Shown piece after piece: positions 51,815 through 62,131 of a stretch of DNA of 64,000 nt. The notes beneath the pieces are model-generated. The model saw only the letters and a program-made list of their open reading frames with translations, made no database searches and had not been told where the DNA came from. A program made the translations under genes and the position numbers. Origin of the DNA: Faecousia sp. (lineage in GTDB: Bacteria; Bacillota; Clostridia; Oscillospirales; Oscillospiraceae); assembly GCA_051867395.1 (NCBI GenBank), contig JBJDYN010000160.1:30253-94252 (forward strand), in the 5' to 3' direction. The number at the start of each line of letters is the position of its first letter. The stretch's first letter is position 1.

Positions 51815-52944
51815 TCCCATTGAATCAAAATTTATCTTCCCTAAAGCGCAGCGCCATCCGGGTGTATACCAATCTGGCCCGGCAGATCCCGGACTGCGCC
51901 ATGCTGACCATCGGCGAGCCGGATCTGGACACGCCGGAGGCCATCAAAGCCGCTGCTGTGGCGGCATTACATGCCAATCAGACCCACTATGCCCCCAACC
52001 AGGGCACCCATAAATTGCGGGAAGCGGTGGCGGCTTTCGAGACAGCCCGGGGGCATATGACCGCGCCGGACCAGGTGCTGATTACCGTGGGGGCCTGCCA
52101 GGCATTGTTCACGGCCCTTTTCGGCATCCTGAATCCCGGAGAGGAGATCATTGTTCCGACTCCCGGTTTTGGCCTGTATGAGACCATCGCCACCATTGCC
52201 GGGGCCAAAACGGTGCATCTGGACGTGACAAAGACGGATTTCCAAATCACTTTGGAAGCGTTGAACGCCGCCATCACGCCCAAGACCAAGGCCATTGTCC
52301 TGAACTCTCCCTGCAATCCCACCGGCGTGGTGTTTTCCCGGGAGAGCCTGGCGGCGGTGAAGGAGGCGGTGCTGGGAAAGCCTATTTTTGTCATTAGCGA
52401 CAATGTCTACGGCCAGCTCTCCTACTGTGGACCCTGCCCGGATTTGAGTCTGGACCTGGAGTTGCAGGACAAGCTGATCCTGTGCCAGAGTTTTTCCAAA
52501 CCCTACGCCATGACCGGCTGGCGGGTGGGCTACCTGACCTGCCCGGAGTATGTTATGGACCGGCTGCTGCTGTTAAGCGCCGCCGAGATCACGGCGGTGC
52601 CCACCTTCGTGCAGGAGGCTGCTGTCACCGCTCTGGAAACGGATGTTTCTTCCATGCGGGAGATCTATGCGGGACGCCGGGACTATGTCTGCACCCGGCT
52701 GCGGGGAATGGGGCTGGACTTCCCGGAACCGCAGGGCGCTTTCTATGTGTTCCCCCGGATCGCCCAGTTCGGTATGGACTCCGCAACTTTCTGTACCCGG
52801 ATGATTCAGGAGGGCAAGGTCGCCGCCGTCCCCGGAAGCTGCTTCGGCTCCGATGCATACATCCGCCTGTCCTACTGCTACAGTGATGAAGAGCTGAAAA
52901 AAGGTCTGGATCGGCTGGAAGCGTTTCTTCGTACCCTATCCTAA
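51811..52944 (+). CDS. Class I/II aminotransferase (candidate N-acetyl-DAP aminotransferase)
   Basis: 377 aa. The PLP-lysine motif is SFSKPYAMTGWRVGY. ATGA overlap with the deacetylase gene. Confidence 0.8.
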   Translation: MIPLNQNLSSLKRSAIRVYTNLARQIPDCAMLTIGEPDLDTPEAIKAAAVAALHANQTHYAPNQGTHKLREAVAAFETARGHMTAPDQVLITVGACQALFTALFGILNPGEEIIVPTPGFGLYETIATIAGAKTVHLDVTKTDFQITLEALNAAITPKTKAIVLNSPCNPTGVVFSRESLAAVKEAVLGKPIFVISDNVYGQLSYCGPCPDLSLDLELQDKLILCQSFSKPYAMTGWRVGYLTCPEYVMDRLLLLSAAEITAVPTFVQEAAVTALETDVSSMREIYAGRRDYVCTRLRGMGLDFPEPQGAFYVFPRIAQFGMDSATFCTRMIQEGKVAAVPGSCFGSDAYIRLSYCYSDEELKKGLDRLEAFLRTLS

Positions 52945-52990
52945 AAAGGCTGTCTCTCATGATTTTCGGGAATCATGAGGGACAGCCTTT
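52945..52990. terminator. Bidirectional terminator between convergent genes
   Basis: AAAGGCTGTCTCTCATGATT-ttcggg-AATCATGAGGGACAGCCTTT. Confidence 0.65.
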
Positions 52991-53002
52991 GGTTATGCAC
53001 TT

Positions 53003-53536
53003 TTACCGGTTTACAACCTTGACCTGGAATCCTTCCAGCACATCCAGTACCTTTTCGTGCAGTGTTTTGTCAAAGGAATCCGTACACGCTGCGTCCACCA
53101 GGATCGTGGCCTCCGGGTAGCGGCTTTGCAATACCACAGCGTTGCTGACCACGCAAATGTTGCTGACCAGGCCCACCAGCTCGATCTCATCGGCCTGTTC
53201 CGGCAGCACCGCGGAGGTGGCGGGATCGGTGACATCCATGCCGAAGGACAGCTTGTCGATGGCCGGGGCCTCCACCTCTGCCAAAGCCTGGGCGGTCTGT
53301 CCGTAGACCTGCCAGCCCTGGGAGTCCTTGACGCAGTGGATAACCGGAAGATTGCGGCCCTCCCGGGTGTCCAGGTAGTTTTCGAAATGGGTGTCCCGGG
53401 TGAAAAGCACATGGCCCTTGCCGTAGGCGCGGACCTTGGCGGCAATCTTGGCATCCAGCTTCTCCGCACCGGGGAAGCCCAAGGCACCGTCAACAAAGTC
53501 GTTCTGATAGTCGATGACGAACAAATATCGGTTCAT
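53003..53536 (-). CDS. Isochorismatase-family hydrolase (nicotinamidase-like)
   Basis: The ORF is trimmed to MNRYLFVIDYQNDF. The catalytic Cys region is LVSNICV. Confidence 0.8.
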   Translation of the reverse strand: MNRYLFVIDYQNDFVDGALGFPGAEKLDAKIAAKVRAYGKGHVLFTRDTHFENYLDTREGRNLPVIHCVKDSQGWQVYGQTAQALAEVEAPAIDKLSFGMDVTDPATSAVLPEQADEIELVGLVSNICVVSNAVVLQSRYPEATILVDAACTDSFDKTLHEKVLDVLEGFQVKVVNR

Positions 53537-53658
53537 AGGCTGACCTCCACAAATTTGATACTGCAAACATATCAAAATTGCAAGAAAAAGTCAACGAAGC
53601 ATTGCAAGAAGCGTCGGAATTTGCTAAAATAGAACAAACCAATTTTTCGGGTGAGAGC

Positions 53659-54423
53659 ATGACAAAACAGGATTACATTGCCGTCTTCGACTCCGGCGTA
53701 GGCGGAATCAGCGTACTGCGGCACCTGCGGCGGTGGATGCCGGGAGAGCGGTATTTATACTTTGGAGACTCGGCCAATGCCCCTTACGGCTCCCGGCCCA
53801 CGGAAGAAGTCCGGGACCTGACCATGGCGGCGGCGGAAAAGCTGATAACGGAATACCCCGTCAAAGCCCTGGTTCTTGCCTGCAACACGGCCACCGCGGC
53901 GGCGGTGAAAGAGCTGCGGGAAATCTATCCGGAGCGCATTATCATCGGTATCGAGCCTGCCTTAAAGCTGGCGGCGGATCATTTCCCAGGCGGCAGGGTG
54001 GGGGTCATGGCCACGGAAGTGACACTGCGGGAGGAGAAGTTCGACAGTCTGCTCCACCGCTTTGATGAGAACTGCTCTGTCGCCAAGATTCCCGCGCCGG
54101 GACTGGTGGAGCTGATCGAACAGGGCCGGGCGGGAGCGCCGGAGACGGAGGAGTTGCTGCGGCGCATTCTGACGCCTTACATTGGAAAGCTGGACGCCCT
54201 GGTGCTGGGCTGCACCCACTATCCCTTTGCCGCCGGGGCCATTTCCCGGGTGCTGGGCAGCGGTGTCACGTTACTGGACGGCGGCGAAGGTACGGCCCGG
54301 GAGACCCGGCGGCGGCTGGAAGCGGCGGATCTGCTGGAAAACGGGGACGGGGAAGTGGTTATCACCAACAGCCGGGACGATCCGGAGATAATCCGGCTTT
54401 CCTATCAACTACTGAATGGATGA
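53659..54423 (+). CDS. murI: Glutamate racemase
   Basis: The ORF is trimmed to MTKQDYIAVFDSGVGG. ACNTA and GCTHYP motifs are present. Confidence 0.9.
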   Translation: MTKQDYIAVFDSGVGGISVLRHLRRWMPGERYLYFGDSANAPYGSRPTEEVRDLTMAAAEKLITEYPVKALVLACNTATAAAVKELREIYPERIIIGIEPALKLAADHFPGGRVGVMATEVTLREEKFDSLLHRFDENCSVAKIPAPGLVELIEQGRAGAPETEELLRRILTPYIGKLDALVLGCTHYPFAAGAISRVLGSGVTLLDGGEGTARETRRRLEAADLLENGDGEVVITNSRDDPEIIRLSYQLLNG

Positions 54424-54435
54424 GGGAGACAGCTT

Positions 54436-55059
54436 ATGGAAAATGATGTTCTTGTGATCGGCATCGCCGGAGGCACCGGCAGCGGAAAAACCACGCTGAT
54501 GCGGCGACTTATCGAGAAATTTGAAGATGAGGTTACGGTTTTAAGTCACGACAATTACTACAAGCGCCATGATGATCTGTCCTACGAGCAGCGGTGTTTG
54601 CTGAACTACGACGAACCTGCCGCTTTCGATACCAGTCTGATGGTGTACCATCTGGAGGAGCTGCGCCGGGGGCATTCCATTGCGTGTCCGGTGTACGATT
54701 TCACGGTCCACAACCGCAGTGACGAGACCATCCATGTGGTTCCCAAAAAGGTCATCATCGTGGAGGGCATCTTGATTTTTGAGAATGAAGCTTTGCGCAA
54801 TCTGATGGACATCCGGATCTATGTGGACACCGATGCCGATGTCCGGCTGTGCCGCAGAATTAAGCGGGATGTGAACAAACGGGGCCGAACTCTGGAAAGC
54901 GTACTGACCCAGTATCAGGAGACTGTGAAACCCATGCACGAGCAGTATGTGGAGCCCAGCAAGAAGTATGCCGACATCGTGGTCCCGGAGGGCGGTAAGA
55001 ATGTGGTGGCCCTGGACATGATTATGGGCTGCATCCAGCGGCATCTGGAGGCAAAATGA
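54436..55059 (+). CDS. udk: Uridine kinase
   Basis: 207 aa with P-loop GGTGSGKTT. Confidence 0.95.
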   Translation: MENDVLVIGIAGGTGSGKTTLMRRLIEKFEDEVTVLSHDNYYKRHDDLSYEQRCLLNYDEPAAFDTSLMVYHLEELRRGHSIACPVYDFTVHNRSDETIHVVPKKVIIVEGILIFENEALRNLMDIRIYVDTDADVRLCRRIKRDVNKRGRTLESVLTQYQETVKPMHEQYVEPSKKYADIVVPEGGKNVVALDMIMGCIQRHLEAK

Positions 55060-55679
55060 AATACGAAAGCCTGATTTTTGACATTGACGGCACCCTGTGG
55101 GACTCCCGGGCCCTGGCGGCGGAGGGGTACAATATCCAACTGAAGCAGGAAGGGCTGGATCACCTGTGCGTGGACGCGGAGACCCTGAAATCTCTCTTTG
55201 GTAAGGTTATGGCGGAGATTGCGGATCAGCTCTTCGCTTCCATTCCAAAGGAGGAACGCTACAGCCTGATGGAGCGGTGCATGGCCACGGAGAACCGGCA
55301 TCTGCGGGAAGGCCCCTGCAAGATCGGCTATCCTAAGGTCAGGCAGACCATTGCTGAGCTGGCGAAAAGTCATCGGCTCTTTCTTGTCAGCAACAGCCAG
55401 CGGGGCTACCCGGAGCTGTGTATCAGCAAGCTGGGGTTGACACCGTATATCGAAAGCCACCTGTGCTTCGGCGATACCGGCACCAGCAAGGGACAGACCA
55501 TCCGAACCCTGATGGAGCGGTACAGGGTCGATAGCTGTGCCTACATTGGTGATACCCAGGGCGATTACGAGGCTGCCCAGGAGGCAGGGGTTCCCTTTAT
55601 CTGGGCGGCTTACGGATTTGGAACGCCGGAAGGATACGCTGAAAGGATCGAACAATTTGAAGATCTGCTGAAATTGTAA
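55056..55679 (+). CDS. HAD-IA hydrolase (phosphatase)
   Basis: 207 aa with motif I FDIDGTLWDS. ATGA overlap with udk. Its last codons lie in heptamer array G. Confidence 0.8.
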   Translation: MKYESLIFDIDGTLWDSRALAAEGYNIQLKQEGLDHLCVDAETLKSLFGKVMAEIADQLFASIPKEERYSLMERCMATENRHLREGPCKIGYPKVRQTIAELAKSHRLFLVSNSQRGYPELCISKLGLTPYIESHLCFGDTGTSKGQTIRTLMERYRVDSCAYIGDTQGDYEAAQEAGVPFIWAAYGFGTPEGYAERIEQFEDLLKL

Positions 55680-55733
55680 TTGAAAATTGAAAATGGAAAA
55701 TTGTAAATGATTTCCGTATCAATTTTTGAATTT
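55670..55733. repeat. Heptamer-armed mini hairpin G (dialect AATTGAA/AATGGAA)
   Basis: AAATTGT AATTGAA AATTGAA AATGGAA AATTGTA AATGATT ..TCAATTTTTGAATTT. Confidence 0.55.
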
Positions 55734-55756
55734 ATTTATGAAAGGAAGTACCTACT

Positions 55757-56197
55757 ATGATCGTATGTCCCTTTAAAGATTTGGGCCGTTATGCCCCCAT
55801 CATCCCCGGCCTGGAGGAGGCCCTGCAGGCGGTTGCCGACATGAAGGAGTGGGTCCCCGGCACCATCCAGCTGTCCGGCGGCAACAAGATCCTGGTGCAG
55901 GAAGGTACCACCAAGAGCGCGGAGGGTAAGCTGTGTGAAGCCCACAGGCAGTATCTGGACATTCAGTATATTGTCGAGGGCGAGGAGACCGTGGGCTGGG
56001 CGCCCCTGGAGACACTGACCCTGGACGGCGAGTTCAACACCGCCAAGGACAAGGGCATGTACGCAGGCCCCGTGGATTATATGCGCATTGCACAGGGCTA
56101 CTGCTATGTGGTGTACCCCGAGGATGCCCATATGCCCGGCGTTCACCTGGATGAGCCCCACGCTCTGAAGAAGCTGGTTCTGAAGCTGAAGGTATGA
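55757..56197 (+). CDS. YhcH/YjgK/YiaL-family (DUF386) protein
   Basis: 146 aa cupin-like protein. It contains HRQYLDIQYIVEGEE and PEDAHMP. Confidence 0.7.
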   Translation: MIVCPFKDLGRYAPIIPGLEEALQAVADMKEWVPGTIQLSGGNKILVQEGTTKSAEGKLCEAHRQYLDIQYIVEGEETVGWAPLETLTLDGEFNTAKDKGMYAGPVDYMRIAQGYCYVVYPEDAHMPGVHLDEPHALKKLVLKLKV

Positions 56198-57072
56198 GCA
56201 TCGCCATCGATTCCTACTGCTTGCTGTGTCACCTGCGGCGGAATGTAGAGCTGGTCCGACCCCTGGGAACGGAGCAGCAGACCATGGCCTTTGCCAAGGA
56301 CATGATGCGGATGTACCTGGCGGCGCCGGAGGGTGTCAGCGCCCCTTGGTTCAGTCCCCAGACGGCGGAGCTTCTTCACAAGCATTATGGTCTGGATATC
56401 GACCGGTTCCGCCAGGAGAAGATCGACTCCAACCGGTTCGTGCTGGAGCGGCTCCCTATGCTCCGGGAGAAGGTCACTTCCGCTGAGGATCCGGTGCTTG
56501 CGGGGCTGCAATTCGCAATCCTGGGGAACTATCTGGACTTTTCGGCCCTCCAGGGGCAGGTGAGCTTTGCGAAATTGTCCCAAATGCTGGACAACGCCCT
56601 GGATATGGAGCTGGACCAGGAGGTGTACGGAGAATTCTGCCGGGAGTTGGAAGCGGGGAAGCGGCTACTGTATCTGACGGACAACGCTGGAGAGATCGGA
56701 TTTGACCGGATCTTCGCGGAGACCATCGCCCAGCGATATCCCCATTTGGAGATCACCTTCTGCGTTCGGGGCGGCATTGCCCAGAACGATGCCACCCGGG
56801 AGGACGCGGCGGCGGTGGGGCTCCCATTCCCCGTCATTGACAACGGCAACCGGGTCCCCGGTACCCAACTGGACATGCTGGGACTGGAGGCGAAGCAGGC
56901 ACTGAAAACGGCGGATGTGATCTTTGCCAAGGGCATGGCCAACACGGAAACCATGTACGGCTGCGGCTATAACGTGTATTATGCGTTTCTGATCAAATGC
57001 CAGCGGTTTATGGACCGCTTTGGAAAACCCATGTTTACGCCCATGCTGGTGAAGGAACGGACAAAAAAATGA
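56194..57072 (+). CDS. DUF89 (ARMT1-like damage-control phosphatase) family protein
   Basis: 292 aa with LTDNAGEIGFD and AKGMANTE motifs. ATGA overlap with the upstream gene. Confidence 0.7.
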   Translation: MSIAIDSYCLLCHLRRNVELVRPLGTEQQTMAFAKDMMRMYLAAPEGVSAPWFSPQTAELLHKHYGLDIDRFRQEKIDSNRFVLERLPMLREKVTSAEDPVLAGLQFAILGNYLDFSALQGQVSFAKLSQMLDNALDMELDQEVYGEFCRELEAGKRLLYLTDNAGEIGFDRIFAETIAQRYPHLEITFCVRGGIAQNDATREDAAAVGLPFPVIDNGNRVPGTQLDMLGLEAKQALKTADVIFAKGMANTETMYGCGYNVYYAFLIKCQRFMDRFGKPMFTPMLVKERTKK

Positions 57073-57076
57073 AAAC

Positions 57077-57118
57077 ATCCCGGAAGCGGTGATTAAACCG
57101 CTTCCGGGATCGTTTTTT
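57077..57118. terminator. Bidirectional terminator
   Basis: ATCCCGGAAGCGGT-gattaa-ACCGCTTCCGGGAT followed by CGTTTTTT. Confidence 0.7.
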
Positions 57119-57174
57119 AAAAAATGTTGGATGAAGGAGGGAAGACCCTTTTCGGGAATGGTTTCCTGTTTTTA

Positions 57175-58167
57175 CTACCCTGCGGCGTCGGCGCAGGAGG
57201 CTCGCGGGATCAGCTCCGTGTGCAGCAGGAAGGTGCTCAGGGGGACACCGCCGATCTGGCTGGACAGGGCGCAGTAAGCGCTTTTTCCGATCTCCGTCCG
57301 GTTTTGGCGGATGGTGGTCAGCGGCGGCTGGGTGAAGCGGCACAGGGGCAGGTCGTCAAAGCCCAGGATGCTGATGTCTTCCGGTACCCGGATCCCAATT
57401 TCCGCGCAGTGGGCCAGGGCGCTGATGGCCAGATTGTCGTGGCTGCACATAATGGCAGTGCAGCCCTGGGCCAGAAGGGCGGGCAGATGATCGGACATGC
57501 ATACGGAGGTGAAATAGGAGTTTCTGGCGAGACCCGGGTCGCAGGGCAGTCCGTTTTCCTGCAGTGCCTGGAAAAAGGCCTGATAGCGCTGCTGATAGAC
57601 AAAAGCCCCCAGGGCGCTGCTCAGATAGCCGATTTTTTTGTGGTTCCGGCTTTTCAGATATTGAACAGCCAGGCGCATTCCCTCGGCATTATCCGCACCT
57701 ACATAGGTCACCCGGGGATTGCCGAAGATTCGGTTATCATAAAGAACGGTGGGAGTCCGGCAGGTTTCGAAATCCTTCAGCCAGGGGTCATCCAGGGATA
57801 GTCCCAGGAATAAGCCGCCCCGGTAGTTGCCCTGCATCATGTATTGGTCATACCCGATGCTGTGCTCCAGCTGATGGTTCAGGGGAATGATGCTTACGTA
57901 GTAACCGGCGGGTTCCGCCATCTTCCGGAAGCCCACCAGAATGTCATAACCGAAGTCTTCAGGGCGGGAATACTCCATATTGGTGACAAACACAGCAAGC
58001 CGCGGAGCCTCCATTCCGCGCAGGGGCCTGGAATAGCCCAGTTCCACCGCAGTTTCCACTACGGATCTGCGCATGGCTTCGCTGACATCTCCCGCACCGC
58101 TCAGTGCCTTGGAGACGGTGCTTTTGGATACACCCAGGGAACGCGCGATATCTTCGAGAGTCGCCAT
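57175..58167 (-). CDS. LacI-family transcriptional regulator
   Basis: The ORF is trimmed to MATLEDIARSLGVSKSTVSKALSG, followed by a periplasmic-binding-fold effector domain. Confidence 0.9.
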   Translation of the reverse strand: MATLEDIARSLGVSKSTVSKALSGAGDVSEAMRRSVVETAVELGYSRPLRGMEAPRLAVFVTNMEYSRPEDFGYDILVGFRKMAEPAGYYVSIIPLNHQLEHSIGYDQYMMQGNYRGGLFLGLSLDDPWLKDFETCRTPTVLYDNRIFGNPRVTYVGADNAEGMRLAVQYLKSRNHKKIGYLSSALGAFVYQQRYQAFFQALQENGLPCDPGLARNSYFTSVCMSDHLPALLAQGCTAIMCSHDNLAISALAHCAEIGIRVPEDISILGFDDLPLCRFTQPPLTTIRQNRTEIGKSAYCALSSQIGGVPLSTFLLHTELIPRASCADAAG

Positions 58168-58360
58168 GAAAATGCCACCTTTCCTGATGCTTCCTGCAAC
58201 CAATATACCATAGTTCCAGGCAAATTGCAACGAATCGGGAAAAATAGTTTCGACATGTTTCGGAAAGGAAAACCGAGACTTTTTCTATGGGATTTTTTCA
58301 CAAGTTTGATCCTGCAAATTTGGTGATAATGTTGAATTTTTTGAGATGCTTTTCAAATGA

Positions 58361-58389
58361 TTGACGAATTCCCGGAAAAGTACTATACT
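58361..58389 (+). promoter_or_regulatory. Promoter of the glucan-utilisation operon
   Basis: TTGACG, 17-nt spacer, TATACT. Confidence 0.5.
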
Positions 58390-58416
58390 TTATAAAAACG
58401 AAACTTTTCGAAACTA

Positions 58417-58430
58417 TGGAAACGTTTCCC
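58417..58430. promoter_or_regulatory. cre-like / LacI-type operator
   Basis: TGGAAACGTTTCCC contains the perfect palindrome GGAAACGTTTCC, about 30 nt downstream of the -10 element. Confidence 0.5.
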
Positions 58431-58452
58431 TTATTGCGGGAAGGAGCACGCT

Positions 58453-60411
58453 ATGCGTTTTACTTACGGAAAACAGGATCTGCGTACCTGGGACAGAGCC
58501 CAGGAGGTTTCTTTCCTGATGACCAACGGCCTTGGTGGCTATGTGTCCACCACGGCGGCTTTTTCTGTGCCCCGGTGCGATCAGGGGATTCTGGTAGCGG
58601 CGGTGAAGGCGCCCAATGTGCGTATTACCATGGTCCACCGGCTCAGCGAGACCCTGCGGCTGGATGACCGGGACGAGTATCTGTCTACCCAGACCTTTGC
58701 CGACGGCAGAGGGCCTGAGGACGGTTTTCGGAATTTAAGCAGCTTTACTTTTGAAACGACGCCCCTTTGGCGTTATGATGTGGACGGCGTCCGTGTGGAA
58801 CGCAGGCTGTGTATGGCTTGGGAAAAGAATGCGGCGGCTGTCCTGTACACTATTGAAAACGGCTCCGGTGAACCCTGCACGCTGGAGGTTGTTCCCCAGC
58901 TGAAATTCGCCCCAAAGGAAGAGGCGGTGGAGCGGCTGGACAGGCGCTTTGTCTACCGCGGCGGCAGAATCACCTCCGGCGGTCAGAGCCTGTATATGAA
59001 GACCGATGCCAAAGCGGAGAAGCGCCCCATGCGCTGGCAGCTTCTGGCCTATCCCCAGGACGCGAAGGACGGCCGGCCCGAACGGGGACTGGCTGCCTCC
59101 TGCTGTGCGGTGACCAAAACTGTGCAGTCCGGCAAAACGGAACGCTTTGAGATTCTGTTCTCCCTGGAGGAGGAGTCCCGCTCCGGCTGGGAAATCCTGC
59201 GGCAGCAGGAAGCCCGGCTGCGTCAGATTCAGGAGAGCGGCGGCTTCCGAGCTCCCATGGCAAGACAATTGGTATTGGCGGCGGACGCGTTTATTGCCCA
59301 CCGGGATTCCACCCATGGCAAGACCATTCTGGCGGGCTACCCCTTGTTCAGCGACTGGGGCCGGGACACCATGATCGCCCTGCCCGGCTGCTGCCTGGCA
59401 ACAGGGCGGTATGCCGATGCCAAGAGTATTCTGCGAACCTTCCTGGCCTATGAGAAGGACGGGCTGGTGCCAAACCTGTTCCCGGAGGGCGAGACCCAGC
59501 CCATGTACAATACGGTGGACGCTGCTCTGCTGCTGATTGACTGCGTCTGGCAGTATGTTCAGCGCACGTCAGATCGGGAATTCCTGGAGGAGGCCTATCC
59601 CTGCCTGGAACGGATTATCGAAGCATATAAGCGGGGCACCCATCATGCCATCGCTATGGACACCGACGGACTGATCTCCGCCGGAGCAGGTCTGGACCAG
59701 GTGACCTGGATGGACGTCTGCGTTGATGGCTATCTGCCCACGCCCCGGCATGGCAAGCCTGTGGAGATTAACGCCTACTGGTATAACGCTTTACGGATCA
59801 TGGAAGCCTTCGCGGCGGAGCTGGGGCGCGGAGGCAGCGGCTACCGTGCGCTGGCAAGAAAAGTCAAACGCTCCTTTGTGGAGAAGTTCTATATGCAGGA
59901 CAAGGGCTATCTGAAGGATGTCCTGTCCGGCACCGCTGCGGATGAACAGCTGCGGTGCAATCAGATCTGGGCGGTGAGCCTGCCTTTTACCATGCTCTCT
60001 CCTGCCCAGGAGCGCAGTGTAGTGAACACGGTGCGCCGGTATCTGTATACCCCCTGCGGTCTGCGGACCCTCCAGCAGGAGGATCCGGAGTATCATGGCT
60101 TTTACGGCGGCCCTCAGGCGAAGCGGGACAGGGCCTACCACCAGGGCACGGTCTGGGTGTTCCCCCTGGGGGCCTATTACCGGGCGTACCTGAAGACCCA
60201 CGGCAATACGCCGGAGGCTGCGGCATATGTGCGCACCCAGCTGGAGGCTCTGGAGCCCATGCTGCGGGAGGGCTGTGTTGGGCAGCTGCCGGAGATCTAT
60301 GACGGCGATTTCCCCACGGAAAGCAAGGGCTGCTTTGCCCAGGCCTGGAGCGTGGGTGAGCTGCTGCGGGTTTACGAAGCGGTGGAGAAAATTGCGGAAG
60401 GCCAGAAATAA
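58453..60411 (+). CDS. Amylo-alpha-1,6-glucosidase (glycogen debranching enzyme family)
   Basis: 652 aa. The GDE C-terminal (alpha/alpha)6-barrel-type sequence includes GYPLFSDWGRDTMI and QAWSVGE. Confidence 0.8.
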   Translation: MRFTYGKQDLRTWDRAQEVSFLMTNGLGGYVSTTAAFSVPRCDQGILVAAVKAPNVRITMVHRLSETLRLDDRDEYLSTQTFADGRGPEDGFRNLSSFTFETTPLWRYDVDGVRVERRLCMAWEKNAAAVLYTIENGSGEPCTLEVVPQLKFAPKEEAVERLDRRFVYRGGRITSGGQSLYMKTDAKAEKRPMRWQLLAYPQDAKDGRPERGLAASCCAVTKTVQSGKTERFEILFSLEEESRSGWEILRQQEARLRQIQESGGFRAPMARQLVLAADAFIAHRDSTHGKTILAGYPLFSDWGRDTMIALPGCCLATGRYADAKSILRTFLAYEKDGLVPNLFPEGETQPMYNTVDAALLLIDCVWQYVQRTSDREFLEEAYPCLERIIEAYKRGTHHAIAMDTDGLISAGAGLDQVTWMDVCVDGYLPTPRHGKPVEINAYWYNALRIMEAFAAELGRGGSGYRALARKVKRSFVEKFYMQDKGYLKDVLSGTAADEQLRCNQIWAVSLPFTMLSPAQERSVVNTVRRYLYTPCGLRTLQQEDPEYHGFYGGPQAKRDRAYHQGTVWVFPLGAYYRAYLKTHGNTPEAAAYVRTQLEALEPMLREGCVGQLPEIYDGDFPTESKGCFAQAWSVGELLRVYEAVEKIAEGQK

Positions 60412-60421
60412 GGAGATTCGT

Positions 60422-62062
60422 ATGGCAAACGTCATTCTCGATAAAAGTATAGGCGGCTGGTGGAAATCCGCCGTCTTCTATGAGCTATACCCAAAGAGCT
60501 TCCAGGATACCACCGGCAGCGGCGTGGGAGACCTGCGGGGCATCTTGTCCCGGCTGGACTACCTGCAGACGCTGGGGATTGACGCCATCTGGCTGTGCCC
60601 CATCTGCGCCTCGCCCCAGGTGGATAACGGCTACGATATTTCGGATTTTCGGGCCATCGATCCCATGTTCGGGACCATGGCCGATATGGAGGAGTTAATC
60701 GCAGAAAGTGGGAAGCGGGGCATTGGCATTCTCATCGATCTGACTCTGAATCACACCTCCAATCAGCATGCTTGGTTCCGGGAAGCCCTGAAATCCAGGG
60801 ACAATCCCTATCACGATTACTACGTCTGGCGGGACGGAACTCCGGATACACCGCCCAACGATATGCGGGCTGCCTTCGGCGGCTCTGCCTGGACCTATGT
60901 GCCGGAGCTTGGGCAGTGGTACTTCCACCAGTTCGCTGTGGAGCAGCCGGACCTGAACTGGGAAAATCCCATGCTCCGCCGGGAGCTGTATGCCATCATC
61001 CGCTTCTGGGTGAGCAAGGGCGTGGCGGGCTTCCGGCTGGATGTCATTGATCAGATCGCCAAGGAGCCGGACAAGAAGATCACCACCAACGGTCCCCGGC
61101 TTCACGAGTATTTCCGGGAGCTGTCGCGGGAGGCGCTCCTGGAGGCGGGCCTTGTGACAGTTGGCGAGGCCTGGGGTGCGGACACCCAGCGGGCAAGGCT
61201 CTACAGCGCTCCGGACGGCAGCGAGCTGAGCATGGTCTTCCAGTTCGAGCATATCGGCCTGGACCAGCAGCCGGGGAAGGACAAGTGGGACCTGGCGCCT
61301 TTGAGCCTGCCAAAGCTGAAGGACTGCTTCCGCCGCTGGCAGCAGGAACTGTACGGTGCCGGTTGGAACAGCTTGTTCTTCAACAACCACGATCTGCCCC
61401 GCATTGTCTCCCGCTGGGGAGATGATGGAAAGTATCGGGTGGAGTCGGCGAAAATGCTGGCCACCATGCTCCATGGCATGCAGGGTACGCCCTATATTTA
61501 CCAGGGCGAGGAGCTGGGCATGACCAATATCCGCCTTCCCCTGGAGCAGTACCAGGATCTGGAGCTCCACAACCTGTTCCGGGAGCGCACTGCTGAGGGG
61601 TATGATCCCCGGGATGTGATGGAATCCATCTGGGCCAGAGGCCGGGACAATGCCAGAACCCCCATGCAGTGGACCTCCGGACCCAACGCGGGCTTCACCA
61701 CGGGAACGCCCTGGCTGCCGGTGAATGAGAATTACCGGCAGATCAACGCGGAGGCGGCTCTGGCGGACCCCAATTCCATCTTTTATTACTATCAGAAATT
61801 GATCGCCCTTCGCAAGCGTGTTCCGGAGTTCCGGGACGGCAGTTTCACCCTGCTGTGCCCGGAGGACGAGCAGGTCTTTGCCTACACCCGGGACACCGGC
61901 AGGGGTCATATGCTGGTGGTTTGCAATTTCTCCGGGCGGGAAGCCGGATTTGACATTCCCGAAGCCTTCCGAAATGCCGAAGTGCTGATCGCCAACTATG
62001 AAGGTGAAGCGGAAACCCTGAGACCCTATGAGGCAAAGATCCTACGCTTTGAAGAGATATAG
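60422..62062 (+). CDS. GH13 alpha-glucosidase / oligo-1,6-glucosidase
   Basis: The ORF is trimmed to MANVILDKSIGGWWKSAVFYELYPKSF. The four GH13 regions are DLTLNHTS, GFRLDVID, VGEAWG and FNNHDLPR. Confidence 0.9.
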   Translation: MANVILDKSIGGWWKSAVFYELYPKSFQDTTGSGVGDLRGILSRLDYLQTLGIDAIWLCPICASPQVDNGYDISDFRAIDPMFGTMADMEELIAESGKRGIGILIDLTLNHTSNQHAWFREALKSRDNPYHDYYVWRDGTPDTPPNDMRAAFGGSAWTYVPELGQWYFHQFAVEQPDLNWENPMLRRELYAIIRFWVSKGVAGFRLDVIDQIAKEPDKKITTNGPRLHEYFRELSREALLEAGLVTVGEAWGADTQRARLYSAPDGSELSMVFQFEHIGLDQQPGKDKWDLAPLSLPKLKDCFRRWQQELYGAGWNSLFFNNHDLPRIVSRWGDDGKYRVESAKMLATMLHGMQGTPYIYQGEELGMTNIRLPLEQYQDLELHNLFRERTAEGYDPRDVMESIWARGRDNARTPMQWTSGPNAGFTTGTPWLPVNENYRQINAEAALADPNSIFYYYQKLIALRKRVPEFRDGSFTLLCPEDEQVFAYTRDTGRGHMLVVCNFSGREAGFDIPEAFRNAEVLIANYEGEAETLRPYEAKILRFEEI

Positions 62063-62131
62063 GATAAGCATTCGTTATCTCATATCTCAGGACTTCTTCG
62101 ACGATTGAGATAGAAAAAAGGAGTATGTGTT

